NCBI RefSeq assembly: GCF_009914755.1
Contig: NC_060928.1
Origin: the human T2T-CHM13v2.0 reference genome, Homo sapiens
DNA length: 64,000 nt
Direction: 5' to 3' (one strand)
Of the stretch, positions 28,151 to 43,165 are shown in pieces. A program made the translations under genes and the position numbers. The stretch's first letter is position 1; each line of letters begins with the position of its first letter. Below the pieces are notes generated by a model, which saw nothing but the letters and a program-made list of their open reading frames with translations, made no database searches and was not told the origin of the DNA.

Positions 28151-30439
28151 TCAAACTTTGATTTATGACAGCAAAGAAAAAGTAAACAAAAATACAGAAG
28201 AAACAAAAACAGCCACAGTAAAAATGGAATCCCTCAAAAGAACATAGATATACCATTGCCGTCAACATCAATGGATTAACTTGTAGAAGTTAACAGAAAA
28301 CTAATATTTATTGAATTTTTAATAAATATTAGCATGTTTACTTTTACCTTTCTTTATTCATTATAACATTCCTATAAAGAATGTAGCACTATCTATGTTT
28401 GCTAGGTGAGAATTCCGAGGCTCTAAAAAGTTAAGTAATTTTCCATAGTTATGATGATATGATAGAAAAATTGTGGCCGGGACTCCAAAGTCCTGAATTC
28501 TTGGCCAGCGGCCAGTTCTGACATTGGTTCTGAAAGGAGCAAACATTCACTCTTGAGTAAAAGGCACATGTATTTTCCTAATGAAGTATTGATTCCAGTT
28601 GAATCTTCCTGTGAGCTGAGATCAGTCATATGTGACTCACAGGGGCTACATTTGTTTCTTTGTCCTAAGACCTATATAAATCCAGGACTTTCTACTTCCA
28701 TTCCTGTAAGCACACTCTACTCTCTACCCTCCAAATCGGTACTTCTCAGGCTATCTCTAGTGAAAGATAATTTTCTCTCCACAATAAATTGTATACTGAT
28801 ACTTTGCTAAATTATAATAAAAAAATTCTTAGAAAAATTAATTTTTAAAATACTTACAAAATACATGCTCCATTTTTATTGCCTAATATTTACCTTCAAC
28901 AGACATAAATTTGTTCCTTTAGATTGCTATACAAGTTTTCATTTTTAAATTCACCCCTTCCCAGATCAGTAGCAAGCAGTTTGCTGACCTGCAGGGGAAC
29001 ACACCTTGAGTAATGCTACACTAAGTATTACCCTTCTAGGTAAAACAGTTTAAAGGATAAGGTTGTATTTTCTAATGTGTACCTTAGAAAAGGGCTGGTC
29101 TAAATTGTCTGGCTTGAGGCCTTGTACCACCCAGATCTTAGTCAAACTGAGTGTTGTGGTAGGTTTCATGTTCATTATCACTTCCACCTCCCTGGAGAGA
29201 ATAATCCAAAAGGAGGCAAGAGTGAATAGTACTTAAAAGAGAACCTGAAATCTCACATGCTAATTTAGAGGACATGTGCAAGGTTTTAGAGGCTTGTAAA
29301 CTCCTTTTCAGTACCATTAATTACTCTATCAGCCTTCGCCAAGGCCAGAGTCATTCTTGGCTTGATCTCTGTCAGGTGCAGATACGGCTGCTTCCAAAAT
29401 CCATGCCATTTCCACTGCTCATGATATTCACATTAAAGGATGTAGTACAAACATAGTGTGACTGAATACAGTAATAGAGCCTTTTTTATATTTATATTTC
29501 AAAGTAAGGGGTAAAGCCATTGTCCTCTCTCCCTCGAGATACCATCTGTTTTCTAAATATCTTTCCATGTGTCAATTTGCGTTGTAATCCATCGAGTTCC
29601 ATTTCCAGATTCTACTCCTAGGATGACAGACCATCACTGCATACCTTGAGTGCTATAGTTTCCTTGAGTAACTCTCCTTATGTGGCTTTCAACATGCCAG
29701 TGTTCTGTTTCAGTTTCCTGTCCTAGCAAGTGTTATCTCAGCCTTGTTTATATATTTTTTCTCTATATAATCAGATCTGGCTTTGCATATCATTCCTTGT
29801 TTTACTTGATGTGGTCTGTAATCACATTTTTGTTTCTATCTTACCACCTTTCTCAAGTCCCTCCACTTCCTCACGCATGTTATGCATTTAAAAAATTATT
29901 TTTGACTATTTTCTTCAAAGACAATCTTTAATACTTCTTTACTTATCTTATTGGTTTCTTACCAAGAATTCTCCTGCCTGGGCAGTTTTCAGGTTTTACA
30001 GATGTAATAAATCAAATTGAATGTTTGCACAAAGGATGTGCAAATGACACCAGGCTGCTTAAATGAGGAATTAGATAAGCCTCCAACTCTGTATCCTGAA
30101 GAGTCACAGGTGGAAGAAGGAAAAGCTTAGGGGCTGGAGCCTTTTTACAAAGTTTATGTTAACTCAGGCTTTTTAAACCTCTTACTGAGTGTGGTGGTAT
30201 GTTTTCAAACAGGTGCTCCTGACCGTAGGTCTCAGAGGATTTAAGCGTGCATTGTTCCAGCTTGTTTGCACGTTTTACCTTGCATACTGAATGTCATTAT
30301 AAACCATCCAGGGTTTTATTTTTTCCACGGTTGCCCAGGCCATTTAAATATTGATCTATTTAATTATTTTTTTCCAGTAGAAGATGTTGATTTCAAACCA
30401 TTGCACCTAAGAGAATGGTGGGTTCTTCATTAGAACTTC

Positions 30440-30694
30440 TTTTTATTATTATTATTATTATTATACTTTAAGTTTTAGGGGACGTGTGCACAATGTGCAG
30501 CTTTGTTACATATGTATACAACATGTGCCATGTTGGTGTGCTGCACCCATTAACTCGTCATTTAGCATTAGGTGTATCTCCTAATGCTATCCCTCCCCCC
30601 TCCCCCCACCCCACAACAGGCCCCGGTGTGTGATGTTCCCCTTCCTGTGTCCATGTGTTCTCATTGTTCAATTCCCACCTATGAGTGAGAACAT
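30440..30694 (-). mobile_element. 5'-truncated L1PA (L1PA4-like) 3' end
   Basis: (tta)n tail, tatactttaagttttagg...cccacctatgagtgagaacat. Confidence 0.92.
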
Positions 30695-33600
30695 TCAGTT
30701 ATAAGAGGCTGTGATTTTAAATTCACATATGGAGGCTTTTATAAGGAATAACTCTCCTCTTGTACCTCTCATTAGTCATCAATGAGAATTTTAGACGGTC
30801 CCAGTTTGTTGCTGGAGTTAATAGAAAGTGATAGTGCAGGGCGCTTTAAAATTATACAGAGAGAACTCTTGAAGATTTTTGAGCAGAGACAATGTAGGAT
30901 TTATCAGGCTTGCTATATGGAATGGATTAGAGTTAGGAGAGGAGAGAGGAAGTCCTGCAGGAAGGCTCTCAGAGCTGTCAAGGTGAGATGTGGTGAGGGT
31001 CCGCATTGGGTGAAATTATACTAATGCTGGTTGAATGTAAAAACTGAGACAATTTCAAAAAATCTTGTACCTCATAGAAAAAATAAACAAAATGCTAAAT
31101 CATTTGGCAAGGGTACCAGGGAAGGATGTCTGATAGTTACATGATCTTGAGGATAAATAAAAGGGACATCTCTCACATTGGTACTTCGTCGTTAATGTTG
31201 TAACTTCACCTTCTCCCAATACTGTGACCCCTCAGAAGGAAAGCCAGGGAAGGGGAAAGTAGACTCATATGTATTTCACGCTATATTCCGTCCACTGCTA
31301 TGGGAATCCATCATCTAAGATGATAGGGGAAAAGAAGTAGGATTCTATTACTTTAATAATTACCACACTCAGCATTCTTCTTTGGTTACTTCACAATCAG
31401 TAGAAAACACTTAGGCAGCTTATGATGTCTGTCCCTATTCCTGGAAGTTAAATGACTTTTCTCTTTTCCAGGATTGGTGGCCTTCGTAGACTATGAGTTC
31501 CTCAAAATGCACCCTTGCATACTCAGCACCCAGCTCTGCTGGAGTCATAGTATGCTTGATAAGTGTAAAACATACCACTGTTAACAAAGCTATGAGCAGC
31601 TTTCAGCTATTTTAGTTAATGGACTAAAAAGCTGCACCCTTTAAATGGTAATTCTAAAAGTTATGTGTATCTTTGCGTTTACCTGTGACAAAAACTGAAA
31701 ACTGACTTTACTCCCTTGAGTGAGAAATAGATATTTTAGAAGAAAAGATGTTCTTAAGAACTTGTTTACAGATGACCTAAAATCAGTTAACCTTTAAAAA
31801 TCAATTCTGACTAAAATGTAAAAGAAATTCAAAAGAAATTTAAGAGTTGTTGTAGGAAAACTGTTAATCTTTCCAGCCAGGTGCAACTGAGCAGATAGAT
31901 ACCCATCATATAAATATAATGCTTTCAAATTTCCTATCACTTGATTGAACAGAGCAGATAAACTCTTTTTAACTAATACTTTAAATAATTGTTTTACAGT
32001 TAAATGAATCTTTATGAAGATCTAAACTGTTAGAGGAAAAGTTCTACAATAGTCTCTTCTCAACTGTGGTGGCTATATGAACAACCCTGGGGTTTACAAT
32101 AAAGAAACATAAGATCTTAGTGGAATAATAGAATTAAAGGGACCAAAGTTTGGGTAAACCTTGTAAACACTATATTCATGTGAAATAAAGATGCTATCAG
32201 TGCAGTTTTAGACATCTTCTAAAATTGGTTTCTAACCATTCTACAACAACTAATGAATGAGTTGGGTTCCAGAAGGCTATATTATAAATCTGTTTTGACC
32301 ATAATAAATGAAATAAATTTTTGACCATAATAAATGCATCTATTCTCTGAATGCGTATCTACCTAAAAAGAGTATCGCTTGGTCCCTTGAAGTTTTAAAA
32401 CAGGTAGACACCTTTTTTGCAAGTGTATGTTCACCTGGGCACACTGAAAATCTCTTGAGGTGGTTAAATGCCTGATGATTTTTCTAGATGTTCCTTCTAG
32501 ACAGTCCTTTGCTTTTGGAATATTTGGGGAACTTAAGGAGCCTAGAACCTGTATAATCATCCAAGAATTGTAACAAAATTGTTCCTGTTTTGCTTTTCTT
32601 TCTTTTTCATATTCTTTTTCTTCTCTCCCTGAATCCTCTTCAAGAAAAACAAGACTTGCATTATCACTGCTTTGACTTCATGCAGTCTTTAAATTCTCAA
32701 GTGCTTTGCTTTTTCATGAGTTAACATTATGTCAGAAGGCAGTTAGCACTGGTGACTGAATATCTTGTGCACTCAACTACTGTTTCATTTTGCTATCACT
32801 TTTCTTCGTCTATAACACAGGGACAGCATTTTTGAAATGTTACATCAATTGTCTTTTTATTTCATTCATAATCATTACTACAGTTCCCTGATTCATCCTA
32901 TGTTCATGTATATATCTCACTTATTTTCAATTTTGTTTAAAATTATTTCCACTTTTATTTCCTTCATGATTCTTCATCTCATCTTTTTATCACTTCCAAC
33001 ACTCTGGGAACGAGGGTAACAATCTCTATACAAAACTAAGCTTAAACATGGCAACCAGGCAGCAGAATGTTCACATAGGCCAATGGTAAGAGTTAATTGT
33101 GACAGCCTGTAGCCGTCTCTTAGAGGTGGGCAAAATTGATTAGCTTTGACTGCGGAACATAGCTTTGTTTCCATTTGTACTTGCTTTAGGGTTGCAAGTT
33201 TTCAAGTAATTCTTGAACTTCTGTAATTGTAGTGCTAGTTTCCAGTTGATGTTCCTTGCTGGAGAGCAATGTCAGTGAGGAGCATATAAATTAATTTGCT
33301 TTGTGGCAGCTAATATTCCATTGAAATGGCTGTCTCGCCTCCTTTCTTGTCTTCCAACTAAATATTTGATTCCTTTATGAATTTATGGCTTATAGGGGAA
33401 GGGACTATTTTCTCAGGGTCTCCCCTCTTTATATTTTTAGCTCCTCTCTCTTTGCAGACAAGGGGTGTGTATTTTTAAAGCTTGAATTTACTGTCTCTGA
33501 TGTTTCTTTAAATTTCCTAGGACATCATAGCAGTAACTTGACAATAGCTTTACCAGCTTTTTCTGTGCCATTTCTTTTTTATTCTTAACAGTTGCCTAGA

Positions 33601-35385
33601 AGTGCATTTCTATTTACTCCTATTTTGAGTAAGAAGAACCCATGATAAGGAGAAATTAGTCTTTAGATTTAATTTAGGGTACTTCTCTAGCCCCTATACC
33701 TTCCTGATATCATAAAATTAGGATGACCATATTTTCCGATAATTTTTGAATTTTGATTTAGATGAGAAATGTAAGTTATACATGTAGTCTAAATATGAAG
33801 GAAAAGAATAAAAAAGTCACAGGTGTTACTTGTTCATATTGTTTAAAGTAAATTTCTAAGGAACAGATATTTTAATTATTCCCTTCGGTGTTTACATGTT
33901 TTACATTTTTATAGCAATTTCAGTAAATTGGTTAAAAAGGCCTGAAGAGTTCAAGGCATGGGCTGTTCAGAGACAGTCTTTCTTCCACAACAATATTCAT
34001 GCTTTTTGACCTTGGTGTAAGAGAGGGATTTATCATTGGCCCTTTTTAGCCATTCATTAGTATGTTTGAATTTTGTTGTGCTGGCTCTTATAAAGTGAAG
34101 TATTTTGGACCACTTGAGGCTTATAAACCAAGTAAACAATTCTGAGGGTGTTGATAATAACTGAAGGGCTAACATATAGCAGCATGCTGCTACCACTAAG
34201 ACAGAATAGACAAACCCACAAATCATGGCTAGTATCGTTCTCAGAGCTTTATTCCCATGACCTTTCAAGATTACATTGCCATATCTGTCTTGGACGCTGA
34301 GCATGCATATATATGAGAAAAGGATAGAGATATAGTTTAGTACTTTATTTCTTAAGACATTCAGTGCTGGTTTATGACTTATATTGAGAGTCTGCTGGCA
34401 TTCATCACCCAAAGTTGTGAAGATATCAATGTCTGTTTACAAACAGTTCTGTATATAACAGATGTGTTTTTTATTTTAGTCCCAAAGGGCATAGCAGAAA
34501 ACACATGGTGAAGTGAGAGGCCCTTGATTCAAGGCCCAGTTCCATAACTGTTTGTTCTTTGATCTTGTACAAGTTTGCTACACTTTTATAATTTTAATTT
34601 CCTCATCTGTAAGATAGGAATAATAATACTTTCTTTTTCTTATTGTTGAGAGGATTAAATGATGTAGAATAAGTGAAAGTTATTTTTAATCTGGAAAACC
34701 ATACAGAATTTAAAATTTTATTTCCTCTCCACTGTCTTATCAAGAACCCTTCTTTCTGTTGCCCATCTTTACCCCACCCCCAAATGAAGCCTATACTTCT
34801 TACAACAAAGCTTAATTTCTTTATATGACAGGACAGCCCAGAAGCAGAGGTACTAAATGTCAGAATCTCAGTTATGCCATGCTGATCCCAAATCCTACCT
34901 GTCTTTAGTTTTTGTGCTTTAATAAGAAATAAGTGTATTTCACTATCTCAGAGCAAGAACAGTATAAACAGTCACCTGCCTGGATTCACACCCTTGCACT
35001 CCTTCTCACTAACTGTAAGACTTTTGAAAGTTACTCAAGCCCCCTGAGCCTCAGTTTCCTCATATAGAAAGCAACAGTAGTGCTACCTTCCTCACAGAGT
35101 TTGTCTGGATTTGTCTGGAAAAGTAGTATCTGTGAAGGGCCAAAATAAGTGTTCAGTAATTGGTATCTATGGTTTTTCATGGTAATTAATGATGTATATT
35201 ATATGGAAATGTTAGATCCTTCTTTTTCACAAGTTTCTGGACAAAGGAGATATTACAAAATGTTTTTATGTTTATTAAATCCATTTTCATAAAAGGAAGT
35301 TTTTGGATTCTCTTAACAGATCATTGACATTCTCCTTGTTGCAATAAAACAAATGATACACATCACTTATTTCCTTTTCCCCTAG

Positions 35386-35428
35386 ACACACACACACACA
35401 CACACACACACTGACTCACACACACACA
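35386..35428. repeat. Interrupted (CA)n microsatellite just upstream of coding exon 2
   Basis: (ac)13 tgactc (ac)5a. Confidence 0.93.
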
Positions 35429-35461
35429 TTCTGTTTCTCACTTTGCTTGTTTGATCTTCAG

Positions 35462-35564
35462 CACAGACGGATATTGTTTCACGATGATAGAAGAGGATGA
35501 CTCTGGGTTGCCTGTGGTCACTTCTGGTTGCCTAGGACTAGAAGGCTCAGATTTTCAGTGTCGG
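35462..35564 (+). CDS. BMPR1B: BMPR1B coding exon 2 (ectodomain, [35 protein letters not shown])
   Basis: cttcag|CACAGAC...TGTCGG|gtaagg; 103 nt, in frame with the previous exon. Confidence 0.97.
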
Positions 35565-35667
35565 GTAAGGTAGATAACTTGATTCTGTAACCTTTCATTG
35601 GCTAGATTTCCAACAAGTTTCAAGCAAGATAAAACCATTCTTTTTCTTGGCCAGCCCATTTTTAGTA

Positions 35668-36015
35668 TAGTCATGAGCTGCACAAAAACATTTAGGTCAG
35701 CAACAGATGGTATGTATGATGACAGTGGATGGTGGTCCCATAATATTATAGCACCATATTTTGACTGTACCTTTTCTATGGTTAGATACACAAATGGATA
35801 CTATTGTGCCTTAATTGCCTACAGTATTAAGTTCAGTGACATGCTGTATGGATTTTTACCCTAGGAACAATAGGCTTTATCTTTTGGCCTATGTGTGTAG
35901 TAGGCTATACCATCTAGGTTTGTGCAAGTGTACTCTGTGATCTTCTCACAATGACAGAATCACCTCATAACACATTTCTCACAACATATCCCTGTCTTTA
36001 AGTGACACATGATTG
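35668..36015 (+). mobile_element. Tigger3a/MER7A MITE (Tc1/mariner superfamily)
   Basis: TIR-like ends tagtcatg...catgattg, TA target duplication on both sides, internal gtgtgtagtaggctataccatctaggtttgtg. Confidence 0.88.
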
Positions 36016-36426
36016 TAATTTAGAAAACTGAAATTTTCCATTGGACCAATTCTTCCTTCATTTTGAAATCAAATATTATTTTTATTTTTGCTGTTAACGT
36101 CTTGTTTAGTGTCGCATTAGAGCATCTTCCTCAAAATCCAATTTAGCTTGTTGCATTAATCCAAGCCTTCTTCCTCAGTTTATACAATGCACACTAGTTA
36201 TTAGAAATGTAGTAGTAATTTTGTTGAAATGCAAAAGTTGCAATAAGATAATACATGGTAGCTTGAAATAAATTACCTTATAGAGGAGAACATATTTAAG
36301 GTGTTTGAGTGAAATTGTTAGAATTTTAAATTAGTTCTCTAAATAGTGACTATTTTTAAAGTTTTAGATGATTTGACTTTGAAATTTGGAAGAAACTCAC
36401 TAATAGCTGTTTGGGTTCGATTATAG

Positions 36427-36534
<108 letters not shown>

Positions 36535-37075
36535 TGAGGAAGGCTTCCAGCCTGGAAAATCACTAGGTATCATGAAAATAAAAACTAAAAACTAGAATCG
36601 TTCTCTCTCAATCTACCTGTACCACTTTCCACTGCTGGAGCAGAGCACTGAGGCCAGATGACATGGAACCATCATTCGAAGACATGTGCAAGTAGTTTGT
36701 GGGAAAACAGTCATATGTGACTTCACTTTTATGATTTTTATTTTTTCCCACTTCTGTTCAGAAAATTGCTATTCCTAGAGTTTGTAGTGTATTTCAGGGT
36801 GGAGGCAGGAGCTAGCACTCTGCTTCTCCCTGAAAGTTATTCAGAAGTTGTAGTTCACCCAAAAACTACCATTTGTCTATATTTATTTTAAAAGTAAAGA
36901 CCATATAATATATTGATAAAATGGGGAAGGTATCTAAAAGTTTTAATTTCAAAACTTACCCATTTAAGTGTTGTTCCTTTAAAATGACAAATATTGCCTC
37001 CCAAGATATTGCCTCCCAAGAGACCTTTTGTTTGCAACAGGTCTCATGTTCCCTTTCTCCTCCTCCATGCTTTCA

Positions 37076-37076
37076 G

Positions 37077-37128
<52 letters not shown>
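37076..37128. repeat. (GC)n(AC)n alternating purine-pyrimidine tract
   Basis: gcgcgcgc followed by ~22 AC units. Confidence 0.93.
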
Positions 37129-37129
<1 letters not shown>

Positions 37130-37267
37130 TTTTTTGTTGTTGCAGAGTTTTAAGTCCTAAATCTTATCTAAGTGATTTAAAGTGATTTTTCATGATTGAT
37201 TTTATTTCTTGAGAAGAGAAAAATCTTTCCAACAAAACATAATGGAATTTCATGACTTTGTTTTGCT

Positions 37268-37442
37268 TTCTCTCTCTCTCTCTCTTTTTTTTTTTTGAGA
37301 CAGGGTCTTGCTCTGTTGCCCAGGCTGGAGTGCATGGTGTCATCATAGTTCATTGCAACCTCCACCTCCTGGGCTCAGGCAGTCCTCCCACCTCAGCCTC
37401 CCCAGTAGCTGGGAAACAGGTGCGCACCACCACACCCAGCTA
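37268..37442 (-). mobile_element. Alu monomer (FRAM or AluJ right arm)
   Basis: (tc)n/poly(T) then gagacagggtcttgctctgttgcccagg...cacacccagcta; single arm. Confidence 0.85.
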
Positions 37443-38162
37443 GAATTTTGTGACAAATGTTTTAACATTTGTTCCTGTTCTAGCCTAGAAAGCTATACAA
37501 GATTGATTAATAATGATTCACATCAAAGCCTCACCAGCATTTTTTTTTAATTGTGGCAGGCAACATGCTAGGTATTAGGAATACAGAAATTAATGAAGAA
37601 AATTATTCCTCCCAAGAAGTATACATTAGAATGTAAGAGAGCACCGTGTCAATAACTATATTTGTTCAGAAATATCTCATTAGTAGAGTTAGATTATAAA
37701 GTGTATTAAGGACATAATAGAGTGAGTGGCTGGCTCTACCTGGGGGAGGAGGTTGTCAGAATAGCTTCCTAGAAGTGATACTTGAACAAGACTTTAAGGA
37801 TGAAGAGGAGTGTGCTAAGTGGATAAGGCAGGATAGGCTAAGTATATAGAAAGTTTAAAATTTAAATGGCTAACTTTAGCCACATAATCTGCTAAAAAGT
37901 ACATTAATTAATCCATTTTAGCCTCACAGCAGCCCTGTGAAGTACATAGAATTGTTCTTCCAACTTTAAAGATAAGGAAAACACAGCACCGGAAAGTTTA
38001 TTAACTTTGAGTTTGCATAGCCTATGAGTAGCAGTGACTCTAAACAGATGCAGTAGTTAAGTGCAGAGGTCTGGTTTGTAATATTGGAGAGCCATTTGCT
38101 AACTACAGGAGTATGAAACAGCATGACTGGTTGGAGAAAAATCCCATAATTAAGAGAGATGA

Positions 38163-38456
38163 GGGCTGGGCACAGTGGCTCACACCTGTAATCTCAGCAG
38201 TTTGGAAGACCAAAGTGGGAAGATCGCCTGGGCCCAGAAGTTCAAGACCAGCCTGGGCAACATAGCAAGGCTCCATCTCTAAAAAAAAAAAAATTTTAAT
38301 GATCTGGGCATGGTGGTATACATCTGTAGTTGCAGCTACTAGGGAGGCTAAGGTGGGAGGATCACTTGAGCCCGGAAGTTCGACATTACATTGCGCTACA
38401 GTCCTGCCACTGCACTGCAGCCTGGGTGGCAGAATGAGACACTCTTTCTAAAAAAA
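38163..38456 (+). mobile_element. AluJ element (diverged)
   Basis: ggctgggcacagtggctcac...gggaggatcacttgagcccgg; possible TSD taagagagatg / aagagagatg. Confidence 0.88.
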
Positions 38457-40559
38457 TCTTTTTAAATAAATAAGAAAAGAGAGATGGGGCCAGATTTCAG
38501 TCCAGTTAGGAGTGTGAAGGTGAGAGAGCATTATCTGAGGAGGATGTAGGAATTTAGAAAAATAGTAGAATAAAACTCCAAAGGACAGAGTAAAAAGGCT
38601 TAGAAAAGGAGGGTAGGAACAATGAGAAGACAAGTTCTTGGTCCAGGGCAGTCTGGAGATGAGGATGCAGGAGTGGCTGGTGGACTCTACTGAGCATTGC
38701 GTAAGGTGGCTGGCTTTGGTGGGGTTTAGTAGCATTAGAATGCACTGCTTTGAGCTCTGAGGATCTCAGGTGGTACTTAGGCAAGGTCTTTCCAGATTCC
38801 ACTGCTTTGCCAGTGCCTAGGCAAGGTCTCTGCAGAGTCTACTCAGGTAGTGTCTAGTTCCAAAGTCTCTGCAGATTCTTACCTTTTTGGGCCAGCTGTT
38901 TTGGGGTCAAGTAAATGTCACTGCAGATTGTAGTCTGAGAGCACTGATGTTTTTACATAGCTATACCACAGAGCTGCTGCTTTTTTTTTTTGACTCTACC
39001 ATATACACATGTACAGTTTTTATTGAAATTGTACTAGATATTTTACTTTCTAGCTATATGATTTTTTTCTTCTATTTCTTATTGCAATTGTGAACCATCT
39101 TCTAGTCTTATAAAAACAGTCCTGGCATTTTAAGCAGTTACAAGCTAATTATCGGAGAGGTGATAGTAGTGACAGAATGCAGTTTTGTTGTGAAACCACT
39201 GGTGATTCTTAACTTGCCTCTCAGAGTGAACCAGACTTCGCCCGGGAGTTCTCAGTTCTACTTCCCAGAGCAGTTGGAGTGACAGCGCAGGTAGAAATCT
39301 GCTGTCCTGGAGAGAGCTGAAAGCTGTGGGCTCTGCTCTTTTCCTGATAGGTATCTGGAACTGTTCACTTTCTGAGACTCTGGCTGTGGCTTGAATGTTT
39401 ACATTGTTAGTGCTCCGAGCACAGGTAATGGCAGATTAAAACATGACCAGCGTGACCAGCAGAAACAAAAGGTTTATTGATAAGGATCACCTATTCATGA
39501 GAGAAGACAAGGAGGCTGCCGGGGATAGGGTTATGGGGCAAATAAAAGGCAAATGGGAAGGTAAAGCTAGCCTTAAATAAAGTGCTTGATGGAAAGGAAA
39601 GAATCCCTTGATCCTTCTGGTCTCATTGCTCTCATAAATCAGAAATATAATAAGATAAGTAATACACAGTGTTCTTGCAGCTCAGGGTGTATCCTGTATC
39701 TTGCATTTACATGGAAAGTAAAAGGCAGTGAAGCTTGGAGTCTTAGTAAAATTATATCATTGGAATGGAAAAGTATTATGTGTTCATATACTGATAATAT
39801 ATTGACATTATAATTATGTGGATAGTTCTAGTTTTGGTTGAGTATCTAGCATTCTCCTAAAATCTAAAATTTTTGCAAAATCTTTCGTTATCTTTAAAAT
39901 TGGAAATGCATTTAAGTTAAGTTTCCAGTCGCAGTCTTAACGTATTTGTGTGTTACAGTGTTTGGATGCTTCTATCTGTATAAAAATATTGTGAGTTGTG
40001 CTTTCACTGGTTGAGGTATTATGATACCTTGAATTTATTTTTAACTCTTTATATAACCTAAGAGAGGGAGGAATGGAGGAAAAAATTTACTAAGACAATT
40101 TATTGTGTTAAATTTTAGCCTGCATAACATTAAGAGCTTACAGATTATTTTCAAGATTTACTAAGCAGCATGTTTAGACAATGAATGCTCAAATTATATA
40201 TAATTCCTGTTTGTCTTGAATGGCTCCTTGAATGGCTCCTGTTGAGCCCTGAATGACTTTTTACAAGTGCTATAATATGTCAAGTTCCTGAGCTCCCTTT
40301 TCCTGGATTATTGGTAACATTTCTTAATTTATTCATATAATAACTGCTTTAGTAGCCTCTCATTTAGTGTTTTCAGATGCAGATTACTTTCATTAATATT
40401 TTGCAACTATTACAAATCATAAATAGCTGTTAAACATATATATTTTAGACTGATGAGTAAATCATAACACTGACCATCATGAAGTTTGGATAAGAAATTC
40501 ATAGTGGATTTTTGTTTGTAATAGATAATCCAAAGATTTTCTGAAATATTTTGAAGATG

Positions 40560-41038
40560 TTTTTCTTTTTTTAAATTTCAGATTTCATTTGTACTTACAA
40601 GGGGTACATGTGGAGACTGTTACAGGAGTTTATTGGACCCAGGTAGTAAGCATAGTACCCAGTAGGCAGTTTCTCAACCCATCTCCCCTCACCCCCGTTA
40701 ATCCACAGTGTCTGTTCTTGCCATGTTTATGTCCATGTGTGCTCAGTGTTTAGTTCCCACTTATAAGTGAGAACATACAGTATTTAGTTTTCTGTTCCTT
40801 CATTAATTCACTTAGGACTATGGCCTCCAGCTCCATCCATGTTGCTTCAAAGGATGTTATTTTATTGTCTTTTATGGCTGCGTAGTATTCCATGGTGTAT
40901 ATGTACCACATTTTGTTTATCCAACACACCATTGATGAGCAACTACGTTGATTGTGTGTCTTTGCTATTGTGAATAGTGTGGCAATGAACATACAAATGC
41001 ATGTGTCTTTTTGGCATATTCCTTTGGATATGTATACA
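40560..41038 (-). mobile_element. Older L1PA (L1PA13-16-like) 3' end
   Basis: ttattggacccaggtagtaagcatagtacc, cccacttataagtgagaac; ORF2 C-terminus WYIYTMEYYAAIK in ORF-track 40750..41112. Confidence 0.85.
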
Positions 41039-41039
41039 G

Positions 41040-41996
<957 letters not shown>

Positions 41997-42736
41997 TTTA
42001 TGTTCAGTTTATGTGTTCATGATAATTTCCTAGATGTTTTGATCTGGGCATGCAGTGTGAAATAAGCGCATCACGGGGCTGTGCATTAACCCTTTGAGCA
42101 CATTATTGTTTAGTAAGATAGTATCCTTGTTCTTAGGAAGTACCCTCTGAAGTATTTATAAGTGGATAGTGGCATTATGTCTAAAACTTTAAATGATCCA
42201 AAAATAATACAGACACACAAATAAGTAAACAAATAAAAAATTTGAATGCAAATGTATGTATGCATATTATACATAAATATTGAGAGAGAGAGGCATTGAG
42301 AAGGCAAGATAATTATTTTTAAAATGATGAAATGTTAACAATGAGAAATCTAGGTGAAGGGCACATTGGAATTCTTTTTTCTTATTTTTTTTCTGTAAGG
42401 GTGAAATTATTTCAAAATAATTAAAATCTTTGTTCACATTGATGGTAAAATAGAAATTACTGTTACCTTTTAAAAAGAATATTTGACAATATGTATGAAA
42501 AGACTTAAAATATATATCTTATGAACTAACACACCTACTTCTGGGAATCTTATTAAGGAAATAATCATTAGCATGTGCAAAGATGTATGTGTAAGAGTGT
42601 TTATTACAGAATTGTGTATAACAAAGAAGCCTTATGGCAGAATCTTTAGAATCTCCTGAATGTATGACAGAAGATTCACTTTCTAATTAGGATGATTTTA
42701 TGTATAATACAGTTTAGTCTTTAAAAGTCAGGTTGT

Positions 42737-43024
42737 AGCTGGGCACAGTGGTTCACGCCTGTAATCCCAGCACTTTGGGAGACCGAGGATCACTTGAGGC
42801 CAGGAGTTTGAGACCAGCCGGGCCAACGTGGCAAAAAGCCATCTCTGCTAAGCATACAAAAATAAGTGGGGCGTGGTGGCTCGTACCTGTGATCTCAACT
42901 ACTCAGGGTGCTGAGGCACAGAATCGCTTGAACCCAGAAGGCAGAGGTTGCAGTAAGCTGAGATTGTGCCACTGCACTCCAGCCTCGGCCACAGAGGAAG
43001 ATCCTGTATCAAAAAAAAAAAAAA
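42737..43024 (+). mobile_element. Alu (S/J) element
   Basis: Full dimer plus poly(A); TSD aaaagtca(g/t)gttg. Confidence 0.9.
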
Positions 43025-43039
43025 GTCATGTTGCAATAA

Positions 43040-43165
43040 TAAATAATTTCAAATAGGTGGGAGGACACTGAATGTTCCCAACACAAAGAAATGATAAGTG
43101 TTTGAGATGATGGATATGCTGTCTGATCACTGTTCATTATGTATGTATTAAAATATTATAATTAT
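43040..43165 (+). mobile_element. L1MA-type 3' end fragment
   Basis: gaatgttcccaacacaaagaaatgataagtgtttgagatgatggatatgct. Confidence 0.7.

Noticed and set aside
33951-34412. 153-aa minus-strand ORF
   Set aside because: Non-ATG start, no homology recognised, antisense within an intron; likely chance
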